Of a stretch of 64,000 nucleotides of DNA, positions 28,001 through 36,200 are shown piece after piece (within the stretch, counting starts at the first letter, position 1; every line of letters starts with the position of its first letter). The translations under genes and the position numbers were made by a program. Where the stretch lies: sequence record NC_006883.2; one strand, given 5' to 3'. Under the pieces are notes generated by a model. It had not been told where the DNA came from. It saw only the letters and a list, made by a program, of their open reading frames with translations, and searched no databases.

Positions 28001-28592
28001 TCAAACTGAGAAGATGACCTCATTTGATAATGTTGAAGGTTACACTGGTATTATTACTGGAATTTCTACTGCACAAGGTTCTGGTGGAGCAGGAACTAAA
28101 GCACTTAAGTTCTTCTTTACTTCACATAAATCAAATGCTAATAAGTTGGCAGTTGGATATCCTTTATTAATAAAAGATACCACAATAGGAAGTGGAGTTA
28201 CTTCTGTTGATGGAAATGATAATAGTGTAGTTGCTATTGGAACACATTTCTTAGATAACATCTATAAAGTTCATACATTCTCACAACTTAGTGACTTTAG
28301 AGCAGAAATTACCTGCGATATTTTAAGCACAACTAATACTACTGGTTTTGCTCAAACTGGTTACTATGATATAACCAATATTGGATTGACAACCTCGTTA
28401 GGAACTATATCTTGGGGTAGAATATATAATGGAACTAGATCAACTTCACCAATTTCAATAGGCGTTACTGGATTGACAGTTGATTCTGGATTATCAACAT
28501 ACCCAACAATACAAAGAAGGTATTATGGTGGTTTAAATTCTGAATTTGGACTACGAAATACAGGTTCCATTAGGATTGTTAGTGGACTATAA
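13005..28592 (+). CDS. gp7: Giant baseplate wedge initiator (gp7-like), 5195 aa
   Basis: Between gp6 and gp8; FYQSKG.EESI..L N-terminal motif and HPSGLKNF; many beta-rich inserts. Confidence 0.85.
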   Translation: MSIGIDKRVQVNRIVESQLPEFVRSDFPLAVDFLKQYYISQEFQGGTTDLIDNLDQYLKVDNLIPEVVYGTTTLSSDVSISDATITVASTKGFPDTYGLLKVGSEIITYTTKTDTTFNGCLRGFSGISGFEVGISTSLDNVNREGLIFESTKAESHVNGATVTNLSVLFIQQFYKKLKKTFLPGLEDNDFTRDLDVGNFIKHARSFYQSKGIEESIRILLKVLFGEESIILDLEERLFKPSSAEFIRREVIIADRIVGDPQKLVGQTIFKSNDLGTSASVSEVEILTRNEKIYYKISLFVGYSDRDLIEGIFTIPGRTKVMEPVSVGSSIVSVDSTVGFAQTGYVLCGINSITYSSKSVNQFFGCTNISENIGIGSDLRADETIFGYEDGDLEKRVDLRITGVLSEFKTVSDISSVSEGERIFVKNVGETILNPSSGKTYKEVFANSWIYNTSSRYQISNISGSTIVLGSSIDKSSLKVGDKAEILSRNSENVEVSLVEITNIDAAGNAVIVSGISGFTPAVGLYYDLRRKLNKASSQGIEIAEGNSNIISDVLNVYTDDDKDGYVASNSLPSYTLPSSIKRTLLQITSTTDKLEGYNNLTKDYNIILSGNNDEIELITGDAVVYESSNSLVNLESGTTYYVEIVQKKPGKIRLYRSRGMIGNVVNAIRFAAEGLATTSTHTFTKETEYVKNLSANKILKKFPLSQDLYVSGKNETPVNNIGMLIDGVQIRTPISEDCIYYGPVDTVDVYNDGEGYDVVNPPRLIIDNSIGAGVTALIEPVISGTVKEVFVDPHDFDIDEVKAISLTGGNGSGCLLEPVIGQRYREMLFDSRDIFFSGGLSIEDETITFKKKHFLSNGEVIYYNSNGNPAIGIGGYGDTSNTASGRLATGAGYNVRVINTSTIQLHKTYEDAIAGINTIGISTATNAAGIHKFRTVSKKTLQSVKVLNSGSGYQYRKLHIKPTDVSVGYAKINFKGHGFSDGDLVEYTTSGTVISGLNTSNNYHILKVDDNSFRLADAGIGTPSRGTYERRDYVGLESQGEGFQTFKYPDIKVTAEVSFGSTVTGSFNFTPVVTGNIVDTYLYEKGSKYGSTILNLQKNPKIVVENGKDAIVRGSIVGGKVVDVQVLNRGSQYYSLPEVSIEAVGMTTTGVTGAGVYGTGAILKPTISEGRLTAVDVINPGIGYTDSLVTFSVKARGKNAKFEPRVRKLIIDNNKRQGNYSLNSEGGNTLNLAVHGYSSEIRTSFKDDGTSHSPIIGWAYDGNPIYGPYGYTKTDELGPAVGIVTSGYVLDSTKVLDRPSLSEFEAGYFTDDWQYTGAHTLDEHNGRFCKTDEFPNGVYAYFASVAPSTQTNDLEPSFPYFIGKTYRSPYISSNTTLTQEFDFNTSNLARNTFPYKVGNALADNDFIVESNEFLRQLTTVESVTTGEIDSLQVLDGGSGYRVGDFTDFNDDGTNGSGLRGQVKSLVGIAVSSITTDLTRYENAVFTWKSGTEVIAKYSPFFEIGDKDSVSISGLTSSIVHLTNSFTVGVSTDKIGLAQSMTANAVVTGRVDDIYVNIIPKSVSIGSSIKINDDETVRVLNIYDVGSILRVKRFGTGAAHAYGSKLDVLNREISIPVKVEKFESTNNDLVYFNPHQAVGLGTTVGGGISLDYTVGETTKEVPIPTRSIYLPNHPFVNGQKLTFTKRGTATSLIVGEESAPNNLFNIPNVTTDTFTVYAINKGQNYIGLVTERTSIGSTSEGLFFHGNGSDDFEYALESNHNQVIGDVDSITATVLTNIGLARTSTHGLNNGDTINLNVIPNSVVGVGSTAPLSLIFNSDFQKLMVNRVGFNSSGINTTTSTITLNSHGYKTGDRILYEATESADGLDNPCYYVYEQNSNQFSLGETLSDVQQQPPLLVGITSVGGEIHTVGLVNPQLRVTKNSKLSFNISDPSLTGYDLKFFYDKEFKNEFVSSQDSDRFNRSGVGTVGIGSTSAVSLAFSKTTPTQLYYGIEKGGYISTADPLVPNYSEIKFVDSVYSGEYKVFGITSDTFKVSPTKIPELLSYQADQCEILEYSTESKTVTGSIKDIKVISKGVDYKKIPKFEQILSARGSNWSNIIDYKRGTVVEFGGLTYVAITTSTNVVPTTPENWERVITSGKNANVVALSTSIARINDVRILDIGYEYPSDKTLSPEAFVSPVIRIDNVDSIKGINVVDGGNQYLSAPDVIVYDPEDDKVVDETSLIAKTPHQSISEIDIIAPIQGLQSVTHRIVTVNNSNGVGISSMTGGGSGIVTCILETPINGFVNPPFETGDEIFVEGVELFGEAGIGTQTNTNSSGIATGGDGYNSSNYQYRFFKVDDYVNSNPAVLKYSIAGLTTNPGIAKTYQSGYANIINRKNYPVFDVVQERGLLLLNESILVQSGTSFIERGLTVVESREDYIKIDGDYQLQIDDRIQGANSNVSATITGIVGNRAKFKVDYANRKDYGWLDNTGKLNEDFQVIPDNDYYQNLSYSIKSPVPWDNLVNPVNRLVHPSGLKNFSDVGITSAVTVGIGTTIQATPVIVVDLMNDKRVDTINNFDFGRDYDARPEVNPTKSKFATFQNTKLTDYTKCKSNRVLIHDDISGRFSSKGFQDVFTEIEEIDGNFTKYLVQIVNADTLDVQLSEIAVLTTTNNAFLVEKSSDYTNIKLGDFEATADAFQRKALNFLPTDKYDRDHDIKILKTEFVTNAIKNESTSIGQIDLTGVNVKVAIAQTDASDNIIGVTTTTIAQFSDTDFNGFFADVLVQDDITKELNYGEVIVDFDGTNIFYAETYVDALNVSYSASRVGVLTARYDSGTIYFECENDTKRVINASANVVGLGATLSVGVGTYRYAVPGQPIGAERSARLESTYHTGTSTPILISTIDKRIDSSIKTLVRVSSSTESAIHQAVTLQDDGVATTIQYPFTGQSNSGLGTIGAVTSGNNININFYPDASQTSLIEVQAYNEVFNTINDFSNTPDSLVVGPAEKSILLSSYDGVNGSRANKVNFELEHNDIPIYSKVFNPADTTQLDKVTGEFTIPDHFFNDNEQLTYTPGSTFVGVGSTAVSIGSTTNSAGITTDILPSTVFVKVVNENKFKLFSREEYVSSGIAITFTGIGEGNAHKLDMTKKLSKTVIGLDGIVQQPITFTSIEHTLNGAIGAATSQFVLSGISSVQPRDVLKIENEYMKVEQVGFASISDGTINDSADVALGICTLPVVRVNRGSLGIAATSHADTTATRVHRGSFNIVDSTVWFLDPPKGNTRARRNDTNLPYVRAEFSGRTFLRSNYDTNMVFDDVSDSFTGIGKTYTLTVGGANTETGVAVGNGILFINGVFQTPLTLNNAGNNYEMKADTTAGISSVIFTGISSENGTPMQSDFDINQNQLPRGGLIVSMGSTPGIGYAPLVGAKVKPSLTDNTNLFAAGSINQITGIGVSSKYQLGIQTAAYDNTTGIITVTTSSVHGYALQYPISVHLKNLEFRCPTGVVGTPTNATTYDPATGDMVVTIPNHGLYDGDAIKFDKESITFSCNYNGATGSAAEKAYPRATDPAYDKYLYISDVTTDTFKVNVLLGTTPTNTDAHTFVSATPNAVKTIGDGGYVGVTTSFFQDHERGLPIVGIISERTFEVQAGLTTIRHNYHGGGSVYEYYNDLTFGSGYRDPVSIGATDIAFVHKFVSSNTNSITDNTGTQYTPSIVDYISSTGELILTLGDNHGLTSPSTHDINGVSYNPTSGVMTITAGVLTNGHGFSNNDWIKIKDHSITLTCTMDNNGSNHTYPRPSDPISDKWVQITNATQFTFDVNVGASPEVTFTPTFAEYDPTTGLMEITIGAHTLRPGTSIKLDQESIKFTCDLDDNNAEKAYPRTTDPFFDTAINIESVTDTTITIQTLTTIPSTNISRHTFSSANPNAVKTGGNYTHTFVPGLDAAKDAIKRSTNTVTIATESLNFTCSRDKHNSVHPYPRSTDPAAGQTLGLDGVTNNTITVNVGSGGGGGTGALFSAKVATNKHKFVNSIGTHNFKGTKKWDAITVGTTKRSVSDAAYNPLTGVLELTIGSTTGLSAATSHQAESGTSYNPTTGIMTLKVTGHNFSNGDYVRLDDGAVTFKCDYGVGSAHTWVGGTSTNAVTITAGNVQKNVTNAVYDPNTGLCVMTIGSHSFTTSDTVTIGANKLSFTCTADGNVKTKTYPRTTDPAYNTAIAITAVDQSGGTITCNVGAVSGNETTAYPRVSDPISNKWVAISNVQTDTFDIQVLDTIPSTNTDTHTFVSGAAGAIKRALDTLTIEPKSLIFTCDADNHATLHAYPRTSDPAYNSPLGITAVTGTTVTVNVGAPHQQDGVSVSYGSTTASNATYDPSTGELIVISNNHGIPGASLTTPTNASYVKNTGNLTLTKANHGYSVGDKILIEDYGLTFTCTKDNNQTEHRYPRPTDYASGRWLSIYAVTTNTFKVNVNPSPSLSQFTHTFVPGKTVTNCIQKSNAKIGIVKGSLVFKCAQDAYQTVHPYPRVTDPAYNTDLPVGRVTINTMRLQVGKSPAGTGGSLDFTITNQGARYVNPEVSTPEPVYENMPIVGVSRLGVGKTEDTGRNLLLNLNVGAATTNVGVARSMFEISEFDVARSGYSFAIGDKFKPIGLVTDKRLQKPLQEFQLEVVSTFNDFFSAWQFGELDFIDDISPMQTGTRKRFPLFRNGQLLSFEIDEESLLGEQIDLNAVLVIFVNGVMQTPNVAYQFEGGTTFTFTEAPSVEDKVDVFFYKGQDGIDVEIVNINETIKIGDDIRITRNPAFTDTIDQENDRIIKDILGSDLVETTLYRGKGINETTFKPVDWTKQKEDKIIKGELISKAREIIEPQIYPTAKVIGDVSTSSGTGASGGIFVDDAESFFYEDDTNPALGTDDRYNVNITAVDALLMSSDNSVAAAITATVSAKGDISALTIVESGSGYVGSAVTLSISAPIGVGIGTTVKNEYAQVGVSTFAEATANIVNGKVDSITIDNIGLGYTHTNPPQVIIKRPLYQTEKMTSFDNVEGYTGIITGISTAQGSGGAGTKALKFFFTSHKSNANKLAVGYPLLIKDTTIGSGVTSVDGNDNSVVAIGTHFLDNIYKVHTFSQLSDFRAEITCDILSTTNTTGFAQTGYYDITNIGLTTSLGTISWGRIYNGTRSTSPISIGVTGLTVDSGLSTYPTIQRRYYGGLNSEFGLRNTGSIRIVSGL
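23331..26565 (+). repeat. Ten degenerate ~90-aa modules in gp7 (Y[DN]PxTG...H...FTC...YPRxxDP...VNVG...HTFV), several nested
   Basis: 10 YxxxTG starts and 9 YPR motifs, all in frame. Confidence 0.85.
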
Positions 28593-28601
28593 AATTATGT
28601 C

Positions 28602-28609
28602 TATAAATA
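28602..28609 (+). promoter_or_regulatory. T4 late promoter TATAAATA
   Basis: Exact consensus upstream of gp8. Confidence 0.85.
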
Positions 28610-28634
28610 AAGAAAAAAAGTTTAATTTATAATC

Positions 28635-30236
28635 ATGCCAGCAATTGTTACTGATCAGTTTAGAATTTTAAACGCAAATAATTTTGTCGAATCAGTAGAA
28701 TCAGATAAAAATGCTTACTATGTTTTTATTGGATTGTCAAATCCAACAGGAACACCATCTCCTAGTGTTCAAGTAGGGTATGGTAGGTCTAGTGATTGGA
28801 ATAAAACTAATTCTACACCAAAACCTCTTGACAGTTTTTCTAGTACTGCTCATGTAGGCGATACTATGATGTTTGGTAAGAGAATTGCCTCTGCTAATAT
28901 AAGAAGAATTGTTAGAAGAATTGATTGGACTGCTGGTAAAAGATATGAAATGTATCGTGATGATTATTCAACCGAAGCAGGTGCTCAGAGTCCAATAAAC
29001 GATTCTAGTAGATTATATGGTGCAAGTTATTATGTAATGAACTCTGAGTTCAAAGTGTATATTTGTATTTCAAATGGTTCTAGTGGTGATAATCCTACTG
29101 GAAATATTTCTCAGGATGAACCAATGTTCACTGATTTAGAACCTTCTAGAGCAGGTACTAGTGGTGATGGTTATGTATGGAAGTATCTTTATACTGTTTC
29201 TCCAGCAGATATATTAAAATTTGACTCTACAGAATACATTACTGTTCCTAATAATTGGTCAACAAGTACAGATGCCCAAATTAAAGCTGTTAGAGAAAAT
29301 GGAGATTCTTCATTAAACAGTAACCAAATCAAACATATTTACATTGATAAAGCTGGTGGTAAGTATGCTGACGGATTAGGACAAGAAGTTGACATACTAG
29401 GAGATGGTACTGGTGGTAAAGCGAGAGTTGATGTAGTTGGTGGTAAGATAACCAATGCTACGGTTAGTTCTGGTGGAAGTGGTTATAGTTATGGGTTGGT
29501 AGATTTGGGTGCATTGCAAGATGCTGCTCACCCATCAAACCAAAGAGCAAAACTTGTTCCAATTATACCCCCATCTTTAGGTCATGGATATGATATCTAC
29601 AAAGAATTGGGTACTGATAGGGTTTTAATATATGCTAGATTTGATGATTCTACAAAAGATTTCCCATCTGATACTAAATTTGCACAGGTAGGTATTGTTA
29701 AGAATCCAACTAAAGTAGGAACAGCAGTAACTTACAGCGATTCTACATTTTCATCAACACAAGCATTTATTTTTGATACTATTGCAGATTCATCTGTTAC
29801 ACCAAAAGTTGGTGAGCGTATAACGCAAGTACTAACTTCAGGGCAAATTGCTCAAGGTTATGTTGCATCTTATGATGAAGAAACAAAAGTTATGAAGTAT
29901 TTTAGAGATAGATCTCTAAATTATACTACTACATTGGATCAAACGGATTATACTGGAATATCAACTTCTGGTAGAATTTATTCTTTTGAAGATTCTTCAA
30001 ATGCAATAAAAGGTGATAGTTCTAATTTCTCTGCAGGTATCAATACCTCGTTTAGTGGAATAACAACCAATCCAACTGGAACTAAGTTAATTGATTTGGG
30101 TGTTAACTTCTCAAATGGGTTATCCAATTCAGAGATAAATAAAGGATCAGGCGAAATTGTTTACTTAGACAATAGACCTTTGATCGCTCGTAATGAGAGA
30201 CAAAAAGAAGACGTCAAAATCATCCTGGAATTCTAA
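28635..30236 (+). CDS. gp8: Baseplate wedge subunit gp8
   Basis: RRIDW..G..Y.MYR.DY, DGY.WKYLY and EDVKIILEF motifs. Confidence 0.93.
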   Translation: MPAIVTDQFRILNANNFVESVESDKNAYYVFIGLSNPTGTPSPSVQVGYGRSSDWNKTNSTPKPLDSFSSTAHVGDTMMFGKRIASANIRRIVRRIDWTAGKRYEMYRDDYSTEAGAQSPINDSSRLYGASYYVMNSEFKVYICISNGSSGDNPTGNISQDEPMFTDLEPSRAGTSGDGYVWKYLYTVSPADILKFDSTEYITVPNNWSTSTDAQIKAVRENGDSSLNSNQIKHIYIDKAGGKYADGLGQEVDILGDGTGGKARVDVVGGKITNATVSSGGSGYSYGLVDLGALQDAAHPSNQRAKLVPIIPPSLGHGYDIYKELGTDRVLIYARFDDSTKDFPSDTKFAQVGIVKNPTKVGTAVTYSDSTFSSTQAFIFDTIADSSVTPKVGERITQVLTSGQIAQGYVASYDEETKVMKYFRDRSLNYTTTLDQTDYTGISTSGRIYSFEDSSNAIKGDSSNFSAGINTSFSGITTNPTGTKLIDLGVNFSNGLSNSEINKGSGEIVYLDNRPLIARNERQKEDVKIILEF

Positions 30237-30242
30237 AGAAAA

Positions 30243-33200
30243 ATGCCACAAAAGACTAACTTAAATATAAGTCCTTATTATGATGATTTTGATAAGGCAG
30301 ATAACTTTTATAAGATACTGTTTAAACCTGGATTTCCAGTTCAAGCAAGAGAGCTAACAAGTCTTCAGTCGATATTACAAAATCAGGTAGAATCATTCGG
30401 AAGCCATATCTTCAAAGAAGGATCTATGGTTATACCTGGTGGGGTTACGTATGATAGTACTTACTTTTCAGTAAAGGTAAACCCAGATCATTTAGGTATT
30501 GATGTTACAATATATTTGGATGCGTTAGTAAATAATAATAACGGTAAAGGTACTAAAGTTAGAGGGCAAAATTCTCAAATAGTTGGTACTATTAAAAATT
30601 ACATCTTACCTCCAGATGAAGGTGTTGATGATATTACTCTTTTTGTAAAATATAACGAGTCTGGAGTAAATTCAATAAGTGAAATGTTCCCTAGTGAGGA
30701 AATTTTAACACTTGAAGAGAATATTACTTACGGAAATACCACCCTAAACGCTGGTGAAACAATCTTAACTGTATTGACAGAAGATCCTAGTAATATTGGA
30801 TCTGCTGTTGGTGTTGATAATGGTGTATATTTTATAAGAGGAACTTTTGTAGATGTTAATAAAGATATTATAGTATTAGATCCATATTCTAATAAACCAT
30901 CATATAGAGTTGGACTTGAGATATCTGAAACTGTAATTAATGCAAATGATGATTCTTCTTTGAATGATAATGCTAAAGGATTCACTAACTATGCAGCTCC
31001 AGGTGCGGATAGATTTAAAATAAGTGTTAAATTAGCAAAAAAAGCACTTTTAGATTTTGAAGACACTAATTTTGTAGAATTAATTCGTGTTAGAGATGGT
31101 GAAATTAAAAAATTACAAGATACTTCAGTATATTCTGAAATTAAAAAGTATTTTGCTAAGAGAACTTATGATGAGTCAGGAAACTATGCAGTAAATCCAT
31201 TTAGAGTTAATATTCAAAACTCTTTAAATGATGAAATTAGTTCAAATGGTTTATATGTAGAGGGACAAAAAACTGATCAGGGTAACGATCCTTCAGAAGA
31301 CACTATGTGTGTTAAGTTGTCTCCAGGTAAAGCATATGTTAGAGGATTTGATGTAACATTACCAGGAACTACAGTTATAGATGTAGATAAGCCAAGAGAT
31401 ACGAAGACAATAAAAACTGCATCCGTTCCATTTAGAATGGGTAGTATGTTAAAGGTTGATAATGTTGAGGGTACTCCTTGGATTAATGTTGGTGGATCTA
31501 CTGCTAATATTATATCTCTTTATAGTCAAAGAAAAACTGCATCTGCTAACCCAACTGGTGGTTCTGGTACGAAGGTTGGTGAAGCTCGTGTTTATTCATT
31601 TGCCGTTGCTGGTGCAGAATATAGTGGAGATAGTACAAAATGGGATCTTCATTTATATGATATTCAAACATTTACAGTATTACAGATTTCTAATCCTGGA
31701 ACAAATATCCAAACTACAGTTCCAGCATCTAGTCGTGTTAGAGGACTTAGTAGTGGTGCAATAGGATATGTTTCTGGACATAATCCAGCAGAACTTATTT
31801 TATCTCAAACAACTGGATCTTTCATTCAAGGAGAGCAATTAATATTTAATGAAGAAACAAAATCTTCAAATTCATCTGTAATTAATGTTACCGCATATAC
31901 AACAGACGATATTAAATCAGTACATCAAGATTCTAATGCACTGAATACTTCTTTGGTCTCAGATTTCACTGCTGATGCTGTTTTATATGACAAAGTATTG
32001 CCTAATTTCTCATTAGTAGATCCATTAACGGTATCTGGTGCTGCTAATGGTAATAGTGGAACAGCACAATCACCTAGAAGAAGATTTGCAGGACAAGTCG
32101 GAGTAAAAACAGACACGGTTGTAGGATATTCTACAGATTTTGGATATCAAACTTATAATACAGTTACTAGTATATCTGCTGATGGAGCAACTTTAGGATT
32201 AGCACCTGTTGCAAATGTAGATAATGTTAATAGTGGTGAAATTATTGCTGGTTTAACCACATCAAATATATTCAGAGTTAAATATCCAAAGATTCTTAAT
32301 CTTGCTAACTCTGGTTTATACAGTAGATTGCCCAAGAAAAATATTTCTTCTGTTGATCTTTCAAATTCAACACTTCTTATTAATCGCCAAGTAACAGGTA
32401 AAACAACATCAGCAGCAGGTTCACTATCATTTAGTAGTGCTTCAGCATTAGATGTTTCTTCTGGGATTAGTAGTGCTTTCTTTGAAACATTTGATGAAGA
32501 AAGATATTCTATTCATTATGATAATGGAACTACAGAAACCTTAAGTGCAGATCAAGTTTCTATAACAAATAGCGGTAATGATATTTCGTTTAGTGGATTA
32601 ACTGCAAATACTGCTTGTACTGTAAATGTAACTTTGAAGAAGGTTGGTGTAATAACAAAATCAAAAGATTTTGTTAGGAGTAGCAAAGTAGAAATAACAA
32701 AACAAGTAGGAGTATCTACTAATAATGGTCTTACTGCAAGTAATTATTATGGATTAAGAGTTGAAGATACTGATATTTCATTAAATGTTCCTGATGTAGT
32801 TAAAATACATGCAATATACGAATCAAAAGATACAAATATCCCTTCCCTTGATAAACTAACATTTGTTTCTGGACTTGCTTTAGATACGAATACTGTTGTT
32901 GGTGAAAAGATTGTTGGTAAGAGTAGTAGAGCAATCGGACAAGTTGTTAATAGAGTATCTGCAACTGAAATTGAGTATGTGTATTTAAATGATAATACTT
33001 TCTCTAAAGGAGAACCGATTACATTTAAAGAATCCAATATTGAAACTAATTTACAAGGTATAACAAACGGTAATTACACAGATAGAACTTCAAATTACAC
33101 TTTAGATAAAGGTCATAAGAAGCAGTATAGTGATTATTCTAAAATTGTTAGAAAGAAAAATTCTTCACCTCCAACTAATAGATTGTTAGTTATATTTGAT

Positions 33201-36200
33201 TATTATCAGACTCAAAGTTCAGAAAGTGGAGATTTATTTACTGCAAATTCATATAATAAGGATAGGTATACAAATGATGTTCCCCATATATCTTTAGATA
33301 GAGGAACTGATATCTTAGACTTCAGACCTAGAGTTAATCCATTTGATCCAGCAGTTACAACTAATAAGTCACCATTTGATTTCTCTGCTAGAACTTTTGA
33401 ATCAATAACAAAATATGTTGTTGCTCCAAATGAAAGTTCTATTCTTGGATATACCTATTATTTACCTAGAATAGACAAATTAGTTATTAATAAATTTGAA
33501 GAGGTAAAACTAATTAAAGGTGTTTCTGCAGATAATCCTGCACCACCTACAGAAGTTGGTCCATCTATGGAAGTAGCACAGATAACACTTCCACCATACT
33601 TATATGATCCTGTAAAAGGTCCAAAGATCAGGTTATATGATAATAGACGATTTACCATGAGAGATATTGGTAAAATTGAAAAGAGAGTTGCCAATTTAGA
33701 AGTAATGACTTCTCTTACTGCTTTAGAATTAGATACTAAATCTTTACAAGTTACCGATGCTGATGGATTAAACAGATTCAAAACTGGATTTGTAGCAAAT
33801 GATTTTAAAGATAGAAACTTTATCAACTTCAATAGAACACAAGGTTCTAGATGTGATGTTGATGTTGTTAATAAGGAATTAATTAGTGCTGTTGATTTTT
33901 GGTCATTAAAGGCAGATTTAGCATTTGATCCTTCAATAGATGCAAATGCTGTAGATAGAAATGCTAACTTAAAATTACTAGATGAGAATTGTCAAAAAAC
34001 TGGCGATTTAATTACATTGAAATATACTGAAGTAGCTTCTGAACTTAAGAATCTTCAAGCAACTCAAGTTGAAAATATTAACCCGTTCAATGTTATTGTA
34101 TTTGCTGGTCAAATTATTTTAGATCCACCATCAGATAACTGGACTAGAACAATCTATATTGATGATTATAGAACAGAATCTAGTGGAGCAACTTGGGCAG
34201 AGCAAGCAAATATAGTTTCTGATAACACAACAACACAAACAGATGTAGATGTAACTGTAACTGAAGTTGATCCTGGAGCGGATGATCCAGATAGACATGG
34301 TGCTTTTGATGGTAATCATATTGATACCACTACAACAACTACAACAACTACAACTCATACAGTAGAAACTTCATTTACTAATACAATTGAACCTCTTAGG
34401 GAGTTTGATTATGTTGAAAGTGTTAAGATTAGTGGTGCAACAGATCCATTTATGCGTTCTAGGAACGTTGCATTTAATGGAAATGGATTAAAACCATTTA
34501 CTAAGCATTATCATTATCTTGATAGTGGAATTCCTGATGTATTCCCTAAAGTTATTGAAATTGAAATGTCATCTGGTACATTTACAGTATATGAAAATGC
34601 ATCAATCTTTAAAAATGGCAAGGAGATAGGTAAAGTTAGAGTAATGGCTCCTGAACATAAGTTTGGTGATGCAAATCCAATTGTAGTTCCTTTAGGAACT
34701 CCAAGCGGAATTAATGTAAAGAATGGTAGTGTTGAAAAATATCAAGTTGATATTTTTGATAGAACAAGACCTGCTCCATCTGATGCTTATTCATCTACAT
34801 CAAAATTATTTAATGCTGATGTTTCTGCATTATCAAATGACGAATCTTATTATGGTTATGTAACGGAAGGTTGTGTAATTGTTGGTGAATCTAGTGGTGC
34901 ATCTGCAAAAGTAACAAATTCATCATTAATGTCAGATAATTGGGGTGATATTTTAGGTGCATTCTTCTTTAGAAATGCAAATGCAACACCACAACCACCA
35001 ACACTATTCTATAGTGGAACTAAGACGTTTAAGTTAACTGCCACTACTCCAGGTACAGTAACTCTACCAGGAAGCACTGCTCTTGCAAGTGATGCGACAG
35101 GAACTTATCACGCAACAGGAACTATTCTAACTCAACAAACATCTACAGTTGGAGTTAGAAATCCACCCGAACCTCCACAAAGACCTAATGAAACTTCAAC
35201 CACTACACAGGTTAATAGTACATCAGAGACTGTAAGAGTAGAGGCTCCTTATAGAGATCCTTTAGCACAATCATTTAGAGTTGATGATAAAGGTATGTTC
35301 TTAACCTCTATTGATGTTTATTTTGGAAGTAAAGATCCAAATGCTAAGGTTTATTGTGAAATTAGAGATGTTGAGTTGGGTACTCCGACTAATTTCTTAG
35401 TGCAAGATTATGCACAGATTCCAGGTGGAATAAACCCAAATGATATAGAAACATCCATCGATGCTTCTATAGCAACAAATATTAAATTCCCATCACCAAT
35501 TTTCTTAGAAGGTGGTAAGGAATATGCTGTAGTATTCTTATCTCCAGCATCAGATTTATATGAGATGTGGGTTTCCACTATGGGTCAGAAAACTGTTAAG
35601 ACCGCAAATTTACCTGATGTTGAAGCTGTTGTTCATACTAAGCAATATATTGGTGGTAGTTTATTTAAATCTCAGAATGGTACAATTTGGACCGCAAGTC
35701 AGTATCAAGATTTAACATTCCAGTTATATAAAGCAGAGTTTGTTCCTTCTGGTACAGTAACATTCTATAATAGTCCAGTTGAACCTGGCAATGAGAATAC
35801 TCAAATATTACCTACTAACCCAATTAGAACTTTACCTAGAAAATTAAAGGTTAAAGTTGCTGGTCTCGCTGCTTCAGATGCCCCTGTTGGTAGAAAATTA
35901 AGTACTGGTCTTCCTGCAGATACAGAAGATGGTAGTATTACTGGCGTAGTTGAAAATGTATTTGCTCCTATTGATACTAGTGTACAACCAGAGATAGTTT
36001 CTGGTGGTAGTGGATATTCATTTGTAGGACAAGATAATTCAACACCATCAGCACCAACTATAGGTGGAGTTGCACTTAAATCAACTACCAGTGATGGTTC
36101 AGGTACAGAAGGAGATCTTGTTATGGATGCTTCTGGTGCAATTACTTCTATTACCAATATTACTGCTGGTAGTAGATTCGCTGTTGGTGATATTATAACA

